Of a DNA stretch of 64,000 bases, positions 50,450 through 62,389 are shown piece by piece; positions within the stretch are counted from its first letter, which is position 1; every line of letters begins with the position of its first letter. The stretch lies in the NCBI GenBank assembly GCA_011109175.1, contig RDEW01000019.1, positions 48,038 through 112,037 on the forward strand. The letters run 5' to 3'. The notes below the pieces were generated by a model, which was given only the letters and a program-made list of their open reading frames with translations, was not told the DNA's origin and searched no databases. Source of the DNA: Dicyema japonicum. Lineage: Eukaryota > Animalia > Dicyemida. The position numbers were made by a program, and so were the translations under genes.

Positions 50450-52200
50450 TATTAAGTAATTAAAAAACTGGAGGGGCACACAAGTAGTGTGGCGAAAAGG
50501 GTTAGAGGAAAATTCCAGCCTATAGTAAATGGGCTAATTAGTAAACTCCGTGTTCCCAAATAAGACTTCAAAGAGTTGAGGAGGGCAAAAGTGGAGTTAG
50601 AGGGGGCAATAATGGTGTATAAGAGAAAACTCTATACACATGAAAGTCAGTGTAAGAGAAGGAGAGAATATAATCTGTTTGAGTTTAATCGCAGATTGCT
50701 CGACCGTCGCCTACACGAATATGGCCATAGTGCATGTTCCCAGCAGGACGCGGAAATGCTTTCCACATGGGGTAGTATGTGAGAGGCTAAACCACGCAGA
50801 GGAAATGCGTGGAATGTCCGTATAGCGCCGCTTTTTTTTTGACGGAATCTTGCGGAATTTTCGATTTCCTCAAAAAATATGAGGCGGTAGTGAGACATCT
50901 CCCTGATTGGAAAACGACCAGGGTCGATAAAGTTCATAATTTATTTATCAGAAGATGCACTTCATTGCACGAGTCTATGTGTCGTGTATTACAGAAAAGC
51001 ATCACTTACCCGGAAACGATTTCTGATTGGGCCTGCACCGGGACAACTTATTTGATCCCAAAGCTGGACAATCCTCACTCTGCTGCAGATTATCGACCGA
51101 TAATTTGCATGTCAACCCTGTATAAGCTGATGACCAAATTAATGGCTAATGAGGTCAGGAGTTTTGTACAAGCAAATGGGATTATCTCCGAGAATCAGTT
51201 GGCTATTGTGCGAAATTGTNGCAGATTATCGACCGATAATTTGCATGTCAACCCTGTATAAGCTGATGACCAAATTAATGGCTAATGAGGTCAGGAGTTT
51301 TGTACAAGCAAATGGGATTATCTCCGAGAATCAGTTGGCTATTGTGCGAAATTGTCAGGGGGGAAATAGCAGGCTTTGATCAACAAATGGCTTTCTGTGT
51401 CTCACGGAAACATACTTTTGTCTATGTGGGTGGATGTGAAGAAGGCTTACGATTTAGTTGATCATTCTTACCTTGTCGAGTGCCTAAATAGTCTGTGTAT
51501 GTCTGTGTGGTTCATCAGTTTTGTAAAGACTGTGATGAATAGGTGGAGTATTCGTCTGAACTATAATAGGCACCGGATAGGCTGGGTAAAACTCAAGAAG
51601 AGATCCTTCAGGGAATAGCATNGTAAGAGTCCTAGAGGAACAGGAAGGATATAAGTATCTGGGTGTTACCGAATCTTCAAAGTCCCTTATAATGCCTGAG
51701 ACAAAGCGACAAATTACTGAAGACATTTGTAAAAAAGCAACGTTATTAGATCCCAAAGCTGGACAACCTTCAGTCTGCTGCTGTGATAAATTCTGCCGTG
51801 GACTGTGTGGAGTAGTCCAACTAAGCACGGCACCTGATAGCTGGGTCAAGTGTGTCTGCTAGGAAACACGCCATAATAACGACCGTGAAAACATGAGCAA
51901 CCTAACTAGGAACTATCAGAACTTTTTTGTCTGCTAAGTATGGTGTTGATGATAGTGGGCTAGTAAATGTGAAGGCGTTAATGGAATTACAATATAATAA
52001 TTTGATGGAAAAGATCAACTTAAAAGCCTTCACAAGGTCCCCTTCAGAGCATTGGTTAACCCACATGTCGACCTTAAGTTGTCGACAAATGGCTAAAATA
52101 CGGTGACAACTCACCTCGATCGGAGGCGCTGTACACGTATATGCAAGACCGAAAGCGCTAGGCCCATCTACAGTCCACTGTATTAAAGCGGACCTTAGAG
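50450..52200 (+). mobile_element. Decayed R4/Dong-like non-LTR element (RT region)
   Basis: PDWKTTRVDKVHNLFIRRCTSLH, WACTGTTYLIPK, DYRPIICMSTLYKLMT, VDVKKAYDLVDH, YKYLGV, KWLKYGDNSPRSEA..QDR. Confidence 0.85.
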
Positions 52201-52349
52201 AGCCTGACACTGGAGTATAGGAGGCAGAGCCCGGAGATTCCATATGTGCATAGGGTTCAATTAGACAAGGCGCTCTCGGTGTTGTTTTGGCAACCAGAAT
52301 CAAACCTGCCTGAGGAGGCTGACGAACAGGCAAACGAAAAAGGTTGTTG

Positions 52350-52673
52350 ATTATTATTTTATTTATTAACCCCGGATAAACCGAAAAAGAGGTTAAAGTA
52401 AACAACAATTAAGTGTATCCAGTTTCTACTTCTACGGAAACAGAGTCCCTCCGGAATTAGCATAAAAGGTAAAAGACGTCCATACTTGCAGTTGTGGAAA
52501 ACCCCTCCAGTAGAGTGGGGGAGAGCAAATGATCCTTTTTCGTGCCGGCCTGGGCGCCACCTAGACAGGTGGATCACACGAAGCCACTCTAATAAAAAGA
52601 GAGAGAAAAAACAGACAAACAAACAGAAACTTAAACCAATTAGCCACGAAGCACCACATGGCGTCACGCGGCT
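52350..52673 (-). mobile_element. SINE-A, full length
   Basis: AGCCGCGTGACGCCATGTGG ... TCCGGGGTTAATAAATAAAAT; 5' 90 nt duplicated at about 52682-52771. Confidence 0.8.
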
Positions 52674-52884
52674 TAAATTATTCTCTAATAAAAAGAGAGA
52701 GAAAAAACAGACGAACAAACAGAAACTTCAACCAATTAGTCACAAAGCATCACATGGCGTCACGCGGCTTAAATTATTCTTTTAATTGTTGAAGGTTGTT
52801 GATTATTAAAAATTAACTTTTTATTGTTGGTTAAATAAAAAGTGGCTTTATTAAGTAATTTAAAAATAAAATTATAATATTTAA

Positions 52885-53516
52885 ATGTCTGATACACAAG
52901 CTGAGGTTGAGCGATTAAAAGCACTTGTAAGAAAATTGGGAATTGTGGACTCTCCCTCTGAGACAGCTACCAAAATACCCCCCAAGCCTCAAAAGAATAT
53001 CACATCACTCTCTGATCCCAATTTGACTTACATAAAAATACCTGGAGTCAGCATACTGGAAAACGGTGAAGATCTCTCGGTTGATTTAGAGGATTCCCTA
53101 AACTGGTATTCACGTTAATAACGCTATCAGGCTTAAAAAATCCGAATTAGTAGAAGACTCAGTATTCAAAAACGGAGTTGAGTGGACTCTGGCGCTAATG
53201 GATGCCCCCACTCCTAAAATTGAGAAAATCATCGAAGGATTTCGTCAGAATCTAATACAAAGTAATAGCTCCAGCCTCAACTCTCAAAATGTTACAGTCG
53301 GAAAATCGATGTCCCCAAAACAAGAGGAACCTCCCACTAAGTCAAGCACTCCCACCAACCAAATGAGTAGTTATTAACCCTATCTTAGGGGCCGTAAGCT
53401 CGACTAATCTAAATTCTACCAGAATAGTGTCCTCTACTCTTCCCAAGCCGACCGCTTCACGTGATTTGAGATTTGGTAAATTGGCTTCATCCAGTGACGT
53501 GAGAAACTCCAAGTGA
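52885..53516 (+). CDS. Small SLAIN-like protein, 2 introns
   Basis: N-terminal AEVERLKALVRKL resembles the SLAIN coiled coil; EDSLNW; SxIP-like TKIP and STLP; introns of 25 and 22 nt give one frame. Confidence 0.45.
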
Positions 53517-53914
53517 GCAGTTGGCGTGAATTTCAGCAATTCTGGACAACACCGGTTATTGAAGCCTCCCTCCGCGACACGATTACAACGACCTTCAAGA
53601 AATGTTTAATAGTTTTTTTGTTATTCGCTTTTAAATTTCTATGTTGGGATCAATTTAACTTACCTGGTGACATAAGTGGAGTCATATAGGCTCCATTTCT
53701 GTTGTAGAATGGAGGTTTTTAGAGGTGTCTTTGGTTTTGTCTTAACCATTGGGTTTTCTGAGTTATAGGTGGAAGGACTTGATATTTTTAAGAGTGCTAT
53801 TCAACAGCACCGTCTGTTTCGGGTTTTGAGAAAAGGGGATTTGTAAATGGTATTCAAACTAACGTAAATAAATGTCAATGCAATTCGTTGGGAGATTCAT
53901 TGGTTATATGAAAA

Positions 53915-54200
53915 CTTAATTTATCAACCCCGTATATTCCTGTGAAAGAAGTTAATAGTTAACGACTAATTGAATTTATCCAGATCTCACGGTTACAGAA
54001 ACAGACATTTTAAAATGTCACACAAATCCATCCAGAACCAGTGAAAGAAAATGTCTAGTCCTTGCAGTTGTGAAAATCCATCCATTAGAGTGTAGGAGGG
54101 CTAATGATAATTTTGGCGCCATCTGAGCAAGGTGAATCACGCTACTCTATAACAAGGGAAAGAAGGAGTAAAATGGCACCCAAACCACTAATTCAGCTAC
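53915..54200 (-). mobile_element. Diverged SINE-A copy
   Basis: TTATCAACCCCG...CTTGCAGTTGTGAAAATCCATCCATTAGAGTG...GTGAATCACG on the + strand. Confidence 0.65.
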
Positions 54201-54252
54201 TGAGAATACCCTCATAAATGCAATAATAAAACATTTATTCAATAAAAGACAG

Positions 54253-55912
54253 TCAAGTTTTACTATCAATAAGCTTATTAAACTCAATTTCCTTACAATA
54301 TCTTGACTTTGTATTATATTTTTTATACAAAACAATCAAAGAGTTAACCTTGTCTCTATTAATAATTCACATAACCACCTGTTTGTACTGCCATCTGAAC
54401 TAAGTCTGTCAATCCACCTCTCAAAACCATACTCCATATATTTATTAAACCAAATATTATTAGCTATAATCAAGTTTAGTACGGCTTTGCATGTCACAAT
54501 GTCAGATCTTCCGTAAATAAATCCATTAAGCACAACGTGATCAATGGGAACCTGGTGTCTCTGCCATATTAATAAATAATTACGTTCATTACTGCACACA
54601 AACTCTTAAATTGGGGAAAAGTCCGACAATGTTTGGCAAAGGAAGAAAAGAATGCCGAATTTGGTGCAACCTCGTGATCCCACATTATTTTGAGGCAGAC
54701 CTAGATGATTACAAAAATACTTTTAAGCAGAGGCTAACGTTATATTCATTTCTGGAGAGCAAATAAAGCGAGTACTTTATGAAGAACTTAACGTCTGGGG
54801 AAATTTTATGTCTTCCAATCGTCTCCCAAATCCTATGAATTTTTACATCCCCCTTGAATTGAGCTAATTCTATCAAATTTGTGAGAATAACAATGTTAGG
54901 AACAAGTGCACACGTGTCGAGTAATTCAAATATACCATTCTCTCCCCCAATAAAGTCAAATCTCCCCCTAACAGTCTGCAATTCCTTAACCAGGGAGGAA
55001 TAAATGGCCGGATCCTTCGAATCCAAAACGGGGATTTTGGATGATTTCAGAATGGAGGGTGCATTATTTGCCAATTTAGCCAAGGATTCTGGCACCACAT
55101 CTTGACGCTTAATGATTGATCTCATTAAATAGTGGATCATGTGACAATCGGGAGTAATTCCGTCCTCCTCCATCATCCTCCAGCACTGAGATAACATTAG
55201 ATTATACATTCAAAGAAAAAACAAAGGCGGAATCGGAGCAGCAGTCGTAAAGGGACATTAAATTGCCGTAGAAATAGAGACCTGACGATTTTGGGAGTTG
55301 CTTCCTCATGTCATCAGAAAGTGAGAGTGCCAACTCAAACTGCTTATGTTTAAAAAGGCACTGAATAGTTATATTTTACAACCCAAATGTACGACTGTTT
55401 GATTACGAAGTCTTTGTTCAGGAGTTCCGAGGATAAAGAGATGATGTCAGAATACACATGGGAAGCTGCCTTTAGTGCAAAGAAACTGTTGTCTGAGCGA
55501 GCAAATGAAGAGAAGAGAAATGAATATGTTTTTGGATTGACTTTTAACCCAAACTTGAGCATCTTAGGTAGAAAATCAAAAATACCTCATTGTAGTAAGA
55601 GAAGCACTTTTTGGCCATTCCATGACTAGAGAGGAGAGATATTACGAAATTGTACAAGAAAGCGGAAGGGACAACTCGGTTCTGTTTTACATTTTCAACA
55701 CAAGAGACGGCTTCCAACACCTTAATAATACTAAAATAGCACATTGCGAGATCTAAAGGCTTTTTTGAACTTTGAATATAAAACTGAATCACGGTCGTTA
55801 TCAAATTTTCGTAGTGGGCTTTTAAGTGAATGTGGCCAACCCCCAAACTTATACCACAGCATACCCTTCAATGGAAAATTTTCTAATGAAGGAAAATGTG
55901 CATACAAGAAAA
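54253..55912 (-). CDS. PTCD1-like: Pentatricopeptide-repeat protein, PTCD1-like
   Basis: PPR-like helices FLYNFVISLLSSHGMAKKCFSYYNEMLKFGLKVNPKTYSFLF and CWRMMEEDGITPD; 20-23 nt introns; exact first and last exons uncertain. Confidence 0.7.
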
Positions 55913-56244
55913 GAATTCATTTTATTTTAAATAAATCTTTATATTTTATTATCAATATTTGTTTAATTTTATAAAATAAATACTCCTGTGACTCCATTAA
56001 AAACTGTAAAATCAGGTCATCCTCTTATTTATTATTCCGATCCCTTTAAGTGAAGGAAACCGGTGTTTAACAATAAACGTAACTACCAATGATGGACGTT
56101 CCCAGAGATCCAAAAGGTTGACCCCGTGCCGAGAAGACACAGTAGGTGTACCAGGACAAGAGAAAAGGTGATCTGTCTCGTGGTCATCGAGTGTACATGA
56201 AGGGAAGAATGGCGATTTTTCCTTCCGGGTCTTGTAGATGTAGG

Positions 56245-56748
56245 CCTAACTGAATCAGGTCTCCAAGATTAGCAGCCTCTGGTGAATAGATAAATTCTGA
56301 TAGAGGATGATTATAGATCTGTTGACGGTTATTACGCATTATGATTACTACCCAATGCCCTGAATGTAAGCGTGAAGAGATTCACTTAAGCACGGGTTAG
56401 AGATAGGAATAACTATGACTCTCTTAAGATAGCCAAACCCTCGTAATTTAATTGATGATGCACATGAATTGATTAACGAGATTCTCGGGAAAGCTTTAAG
56501 CTAAAAGTGACAGAAAAGTTACCACAAGGATAATCGGCTTGTAGCGCCCAAGCGTACATAGCGACGGCGCTTTTTGATCCTTCGATGTTAGTTCTTCTTA
56601 TCATTGCAAAGCATAAATCGCAAAGTGTACTAACATTGTTCTTTCCACTAGCACCTTTAGCTTAAAGCTTTTAAAAGTAAGAGGATCGATAGGTCACGTT
56701 TTCGCGTTTTGCATACGTGCTGGATATGTAAATAAGGCGGATTTTTTA
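56245..56748. pseudogene. Scrambled, decayed 28S rDNA fragments
   Basis: CAGGTCTCCAAG..AGCCTCTGG; TAACTATGACTCTCTTAAGATAGCCAAA; CAGAAAAGTTACCACAAGGATAA...TTTTTGATCCTTCGATG (all +); then reverse-complement LSU GGATCGATAGGTCACG at 56651-56748. Confidence 0.9.
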
Positions 56749-57669
56749 AACTATAGAAATCAGGATGGGATGACTTTACAATCACAACTGAGGCAACTCC
56801 AAAAAGCTTCTTTATGAATAATTCACTCCTCTAAATAAAGGAGTTACCTTTTTTACGAAAACGGCTCATCATTTCCACAATAAACTGTACTTGAATAAGA
56901 AAATAAACTCGCTGATTTCAAAAGTTAAAAAATTTCTGAATTTATCTCCCATTTTAACCCAAAATCAAAGTTACAATACTTTTGGCAATTCATCAAACCG
57001 TACGGACAATTTAAATCGTCTCTGGCTTTTCTTACAGAAAGGACTTAATATGGGTTGTAAAATATTTCAGTCGTCAAGGCAACGCAATTTATTACCGTAA
57101 GAATATATTCTTCTTAATGGACTCAGGTGACGTCGGAAACCTGAAGTTTTGAAACAGTGAATCATGGAATCCCATAAAGCCAAATTTGAGGGAACTTGAA
57201 TATGTATTAATAGAATTAATATTTAGTCCTTTACACAAAAAACGACAGTCTATTCAGTTACGCTTCCGTCGGCACCACTCTTTGTACCAGCCTCATCCTC
57301 TTTTCGCTAGTTCTCTTGNAAATATATTCTTCTTAATGGACTCAGGTGACGTCGGAAACCTGAAGTTTTGAAACAGTGAATCATGGAATCCCATAAAGCC
57401 AAATTTGAGGAAACTTGAATATGTATTAATAGAATTAATATTTAGTCCTTTACACAAAACACGACAGTCTATTCAGTTACGCTTCCGACGGCACCACTCT
57501 TTGTACCAGCCTCATCTTCTTTTCGCTAGTTCTCTTGATTCATTAGATCATTTGTCGATTTTAGTTTCCAGCCGACTCCCTTCATTTAACATGAAAAGTA
57601 GAGCTGTCTTGGGTATTCTTCACAACAATATTCCTTGTTCCGTAAAATATACACATGTAACTAGTAAAG

Positions 57670-59628
57670 CAGCGCTTCTTGATTGGGGGTGCGAGAAATA
57701 ATTTTAAAAATTGATTACTTGTACATATATGCAAATGAGCATCAAATAATAATAAGGGAAATTAAATACATTTATAATTTCTTATAATTTATTATTAAAT
57801 GTTAAAAAAATTTAAATAAAAAAAATAAAACTCGTGGTTGTCTATGTAAACGTGTGTTAAAATTCAAAAATTTAAAGAAGACTATGTTGAATATGGCTTT
57901 ACGAAGATAATTATTGATGGAATCGATAGACCCCAGTGCATTTTTTTGTGATGCAATTTTATCGAATTCAAATTTGAAACCATCGAAGTTGAACGGACAT
58001 TTTAAATTTATCCACGGAGGTGCAAAACGTCCAGGAAATGATTTTGAATGTTTGAAGGCTAAAAGGGCACGATACGATATCCAAGGAACTCTTCCGAAGC
58101 TTGGGTTTACCCCCATTGACAAACTTTTATTTTTGCCATCGTTGCGAAATCAAAGAAGCCACATACAATTGCGGAGACTCTTATTAAGCCGTGTGCATTG
58201 GAAATTGTGAAAATAGTTCTGGGTCCATACGCCTCTCGAAAACTGCAGCAGATTCCTGTATCCGGAGGTCGAATTTATTCTATCAGTGATGATATTCTTA
58301 AACAAGTTGTTTCGGACATGATGAATTCTTAAACCAAGATTTCAATCCAGTTGGATGAATCTACCGATGTTCATAATTGCAGTCAGCTAATCTGCTTCGT
58401 TCGTTATGTACAAGACAATTTAATTGCAGAAGAGTTTCTTTTTTGTAAACCTCTCGAAGCAGAAGCCCTTGCAAAAAATGTTTTTCAAATAATCGAGACT
58501 TTTTTTTAATCAACACGATATTCCATTGGAAATTATCGGGTCAATCTCCAGTTATGGTGGGGAACTGGTCTGGGTTTGCAGCCTTTTAAGAAAACATGTT
58601 CCAGATGTAATAGTCACTCACTGTGTCCTTCAACGACAAGCACTCGTATCTAAGTCTNATCGGGTCAATCTCTAGTTATGGTGGGGAACAGGTCGGGGTT
58701 TGCACCTTTTAAGAAAACATGTTCCGGATGTAATAGTCACTCACTGTGTCCTTCATCGACATGCACTCGTATCTAAGTCTCTGCCTATGAAGTTAAAAGA
58801 TGTCTTGAATTCGTGCGTCAAAATCGTACATTTTATTCGAGGAAGGGCTTTGAATCATAGATTGTTCAAAGGATTACGTACTGATTATGATGCTGACGCC
58901 ATTGTTCTCTTGTATCTTACTGATGGGTGTCAAGAGGCCGTGTTTTAATAAGATTTTTATTCTCAGACGTGAAATTGAACAATTTTTTTGAAAAAAAACT
59001 CTGAACTATTTGATCGTTTCAAATTTCCAAATTTTGTGATTTTTGTGGCATACTTGGCTGGCATATTTAATCATCTTAACCAGTTGAATATTTCAAGGGA
59101 AAGGGATGAGCATTATAAATGCTTCTGACAATCTACGTGCCTTCAGGAATAAACTGTTATTGTGGACTCGACGTATTCAAGATAATAATTTTGGAAACAG
59201 AAATCAGCAATCATCTTGAATGTTTAAAACTTTCATTTGATTGGTATTTCTCAATCGGAAATATTAAAGACTCTGATACCTGGATTGTTTACCCATTTGC
59301 TATCAAAATAGAAAAGATGGAGGATAGAAAAGAGATTAAATACAATTGGATTGAAATGTAATCATCTACATCACTAAAAATGTTGTACGGCTCAAATTCT
59401 TTGGCGGTTTGCAATTTGGTTTTCCGACCCTTGCAAGAAAAGCACTGAGAGTTTGCAACAACTTGGCTATGTGAATCTGGATTTTATTTCTACTACAAGA
59501 AAAGTCTCAAGCTACCTGACTAATTTTTTAAATAAAATTCTAATTCTTTTAGATTTAAAATTTGGTGGTGCGAGGTTGGTTTTTAAAATTTTTTGGGGTG
59601 CAAGCTAAAAACGAATCGAGAAGCGCTG
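57670..59628 (+). mobile_element. Full-length but inactivated hAT Buster element
   Basis: TIRs CAGCGCTTCT(T/C)GATT; TSD TAGTAAAG/TAGTAATG (7/8 match, central TA); transposase pieces LKPSKLNGHF, QLDESTDV, EEFLFCKPL, VTHCVLHRHAL, AYLAGIF. Confidence 0.92.
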
Positions 59629-59904
59629 TAGTAATGGCTTGAAACTTCACCCTCTTACCTGTTAGTAAAACTGCGGCAAATAACTGCTCAATGTGAGTCG
59701 TTGAAGGATTAGTTGGTTAAATGAGAGACAATTAATTACAAGAACCTCATAATGATACGATAAAAAGTATCCCCATAAAGACTTCCATTTAATACCATTG
59801 AACATCGGGAAGAACTAGTTGAATGTATCCAACTCTCAAGGCGGTAGAGGCAGATTCCTCCAATATCACTCAAGTCCATTTAGATTCACCGGAAAAGTAA
59901 GAAT

Positions 59905-60230
59905 TTGTCCAGTATGTACAACTGTGAAAAAAATCCTTCAGTAGAGTGGGGGAAGCAAATGATCTTTTTGTGCCATCCTGGTACGATATGATGGAGGTGG
60001 ATCACATGACGCGAATCGGTTAGAATATAGAAGAAAATAGGAAAGGAAGTGAAATCTGACCAAATATCNCCAGTATGTACAACTGTGAAAAAAATCCTTC
60101 AGTAGAGTGGGGGAAGCAAATGATCTTTTTGTGCCATCCTGGTACGATATGATGGAGGTGGATCACATGACGCGAATCTGTTAGAATATAGAAGAAAAAA
60201 GGAAAGGAAGTGAAATCTGACCAAATATCT
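59905..60230 (-). mobile_element. SINE-A core, duplicated across the N at 60069
   Basis: CAGTAGAGTGGGGGAAGCAAATGATC...GGTGGATCACATGACGC on the + strand. Confidence 0.7.
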
Positions 60231-60484
60231 AGTTGGGGGAATCGAAGGAGTATTGTTAGTGACACCACGTGTGTTGATGTCTTCAATCGTATACAATGAT
60301 ATAAGCATTTAAATAGGTTCAGATAATGTTCAAATTGCCTACATCGTCTGTCTGACTGGATGTCCTCACTCTGAATGTATCCACCCTCATCAAAGTCTGA
60401 GTAACCATAGAATTAGTCAACTGAGATCCTATCGCTTTTCGAGTGATAAGAAATCCAAAAGTTCACGGAGTTGTTTTTATCTTT

Positions 60485-60680
60485 TTCGAATCCGAAAGAT
60501 GGAGTTTCAGCAAAGGTCAATTCTCGCAATCAGATCCCACCCGTGAGGCGACGAGTGCTTTTGGCACGACACAGTGATTGAAAGGAATCTTCATACTTTC
60601 TCCCTGACCAAATCCTCTGGTAAAGATTACATTATAAAACTTTTCTACCTAAAAATGAAGTGATGTCCGCGACGGCAGGA
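60485..60680 (+). mobile_element. SINE-B copy (5'-truncated, B-box-like TTCGAATCC retained)
   Basis: TCCGAAAGATGGAGTT...TGACCAAAT..TCTGG..AAGATTACATTAT...AATGAAGTGATGTC shared with 48255-48415. Confidence 0.6.
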
Positions 60681-61009
60681 CGTGTCGATGACTAGGAGCT
60701 ATATCCCTAATGGAAGGCATCGATTTGAGACTATAGAATTTTAGTTATTGAAAATTCAAGTTAATGAAAATTACTTAAAAGCATCCCCCGCCTGCCAAGG
60801 AGAATGATATTAGTCGGATGACTGGTGAACACTAAAAAGTCTTAATTTGTAGTGAAAGGAACGCAGAGAGACTATAGAATTTTAGTTATTGAAAATTCAA
60901 GTTAATGAAAATTACTTAAAAGCATCCCCCGCCTGCCAAGGAAAATGATATTAGTCGGATGACTGGTGGACACTAAAAAGTTTTAATTTGTAGTGAAAGG
61001 AACGCAGAG

Positions 61010-62000
61010 TCCTTTTTGGTATACACCAACAACGGACCGAAGAGGATCTCTAATATTAGACAACCTTGAGATCCTGAATGACTCGAACAAACACACAAAA
61101 GCCCTATCCGGAAGTGCTGACTTCCCAACCTTACCAAATCTCTCTTGCTGCCTTGTCTAGTGCTTCCACATCACGCGGGAAGACATTTATGATTTACACA
61201 CGAATCACAATCCGATATTCTTAAGAGTCCTGAGAGAACGTAAGATGACTAGAACCCGTAATACATCAACATACCACTTGCGATCTGGCCCGATTTGACA
61301 TCTTTCATTTAAAACTGCCTATACTCTTTCCGGATAGAGAATTTTCCCTCGATCGACGGGGCCGTCGGATTTATTAATGAAGTGATTTTGCGGGAACGCA
61401 AAAGAGTTATTCCCACGGGGAGAATCAAGATGCCAAGTTTTAATGAACAATCAAAAATTCAAAACTGCGATACTTATCCGACGTGGTCTCTCTATTCAAT
61501 TTATTTACAAATGATCTTCCGACTCCAAATTCTCAAAACACCAACCTTCTGTCTTATGCCGACGATCTCATTGTGGTATCGAGACACCGTGATCAGAAAA
61601 AGCTATGCGGAGGGTTCTCGAGACCCTCGACAAAAAGAATCCATGGTTTTTCAAGAACCACATGAATATATCACCTGGGAAGCTGAACACTACAGTTATC
61701 TCTTCCTAGAGAAAACATACGTCGCTCGATCCTAAATTAACTTGGATTGTTAAGTTTATCCCAGTTAAAAAGAACCCCTTAATCCTTGGAGACATTAGTT
61801 TCGCTAGTCCAAAAAAAGATCCTCAAGACCCTTGCTAGATTCCCACTATCCTCTCTCCCTCACCTTGAATTATTATACAAACAAAATATCCTAACAACTA
61901 TCGAACATGCATGTGCGGTGTGGATTACACCCTTATCAATATCCACGCAAAAAAGTCGTACAGAACCAGTGCCTGCGAATCCTACTTAAACGTAACAAAA
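61010..62000 (+). mobile_element. Decayed Jockey-like LINE (end of endonuclease plus RT)
   Basis: NHNPIF; SLFNLFTNDLP...LLSYADDLIVV; LYKQNILTTIEHACAVW. Confidence 0.8.
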
Positions 62001-62389
62001 TAATATCCACCTCATCGTTGATGAATATACGAAAGTGATGGAAAATCTCTCGGACAGACAACACAACTTCCTAAAAACGGTGGTCTTCTGGAAACCAATT
62101 GAAGAGAAGACTCTTGCCTACCAGGAATATCCTCGTATTTTCGAATGCTCTTGAAAGATTCCAGACAAAGTTGGAGCAGAGGGAGATGCACTGACATTAG
62201 GATTACTTAATTTAGAGGATAACATTTTCATATTTCCTGTGTTCGGTGTGTTATTATTATTTAATAATAAGTTATGAATAGTTTTATAATTAAGTCACCT
62301 TATTAGATTGAATTTTATTAAAATAATAATTGAATATTAATTTAAAAATAAATTAATAAAATAAACCACAAAATAATTGTCCTAAATTA

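Noticed and set aside
53657-53815. Possible U1 snRNA (ACTTACCTGG start, strong first hairpin, U-rich tract plus terminal hairpin at about 160 nt)
   Set aside because: No GAUCACGAAG or AUUGCAC loops and no closing helix H. The same bases read on the minus strand as CAG|GTAAGT...ATAG, a 25-nt micro-intron in a possible small gene. An Infernal RF00003 search would settle it.
2086-60230. About 20 near-identical tandem duplications flanking single N characters (e.g. 2243, 6416, 13968, 27690, 42671, 48809, 51220, 57319, 60069)
   Set aside because: Pattern of overlapping contig ends joined by a scaffolder; the few SNPs between copies look like haplotype differences. Not treated as biological duplications.
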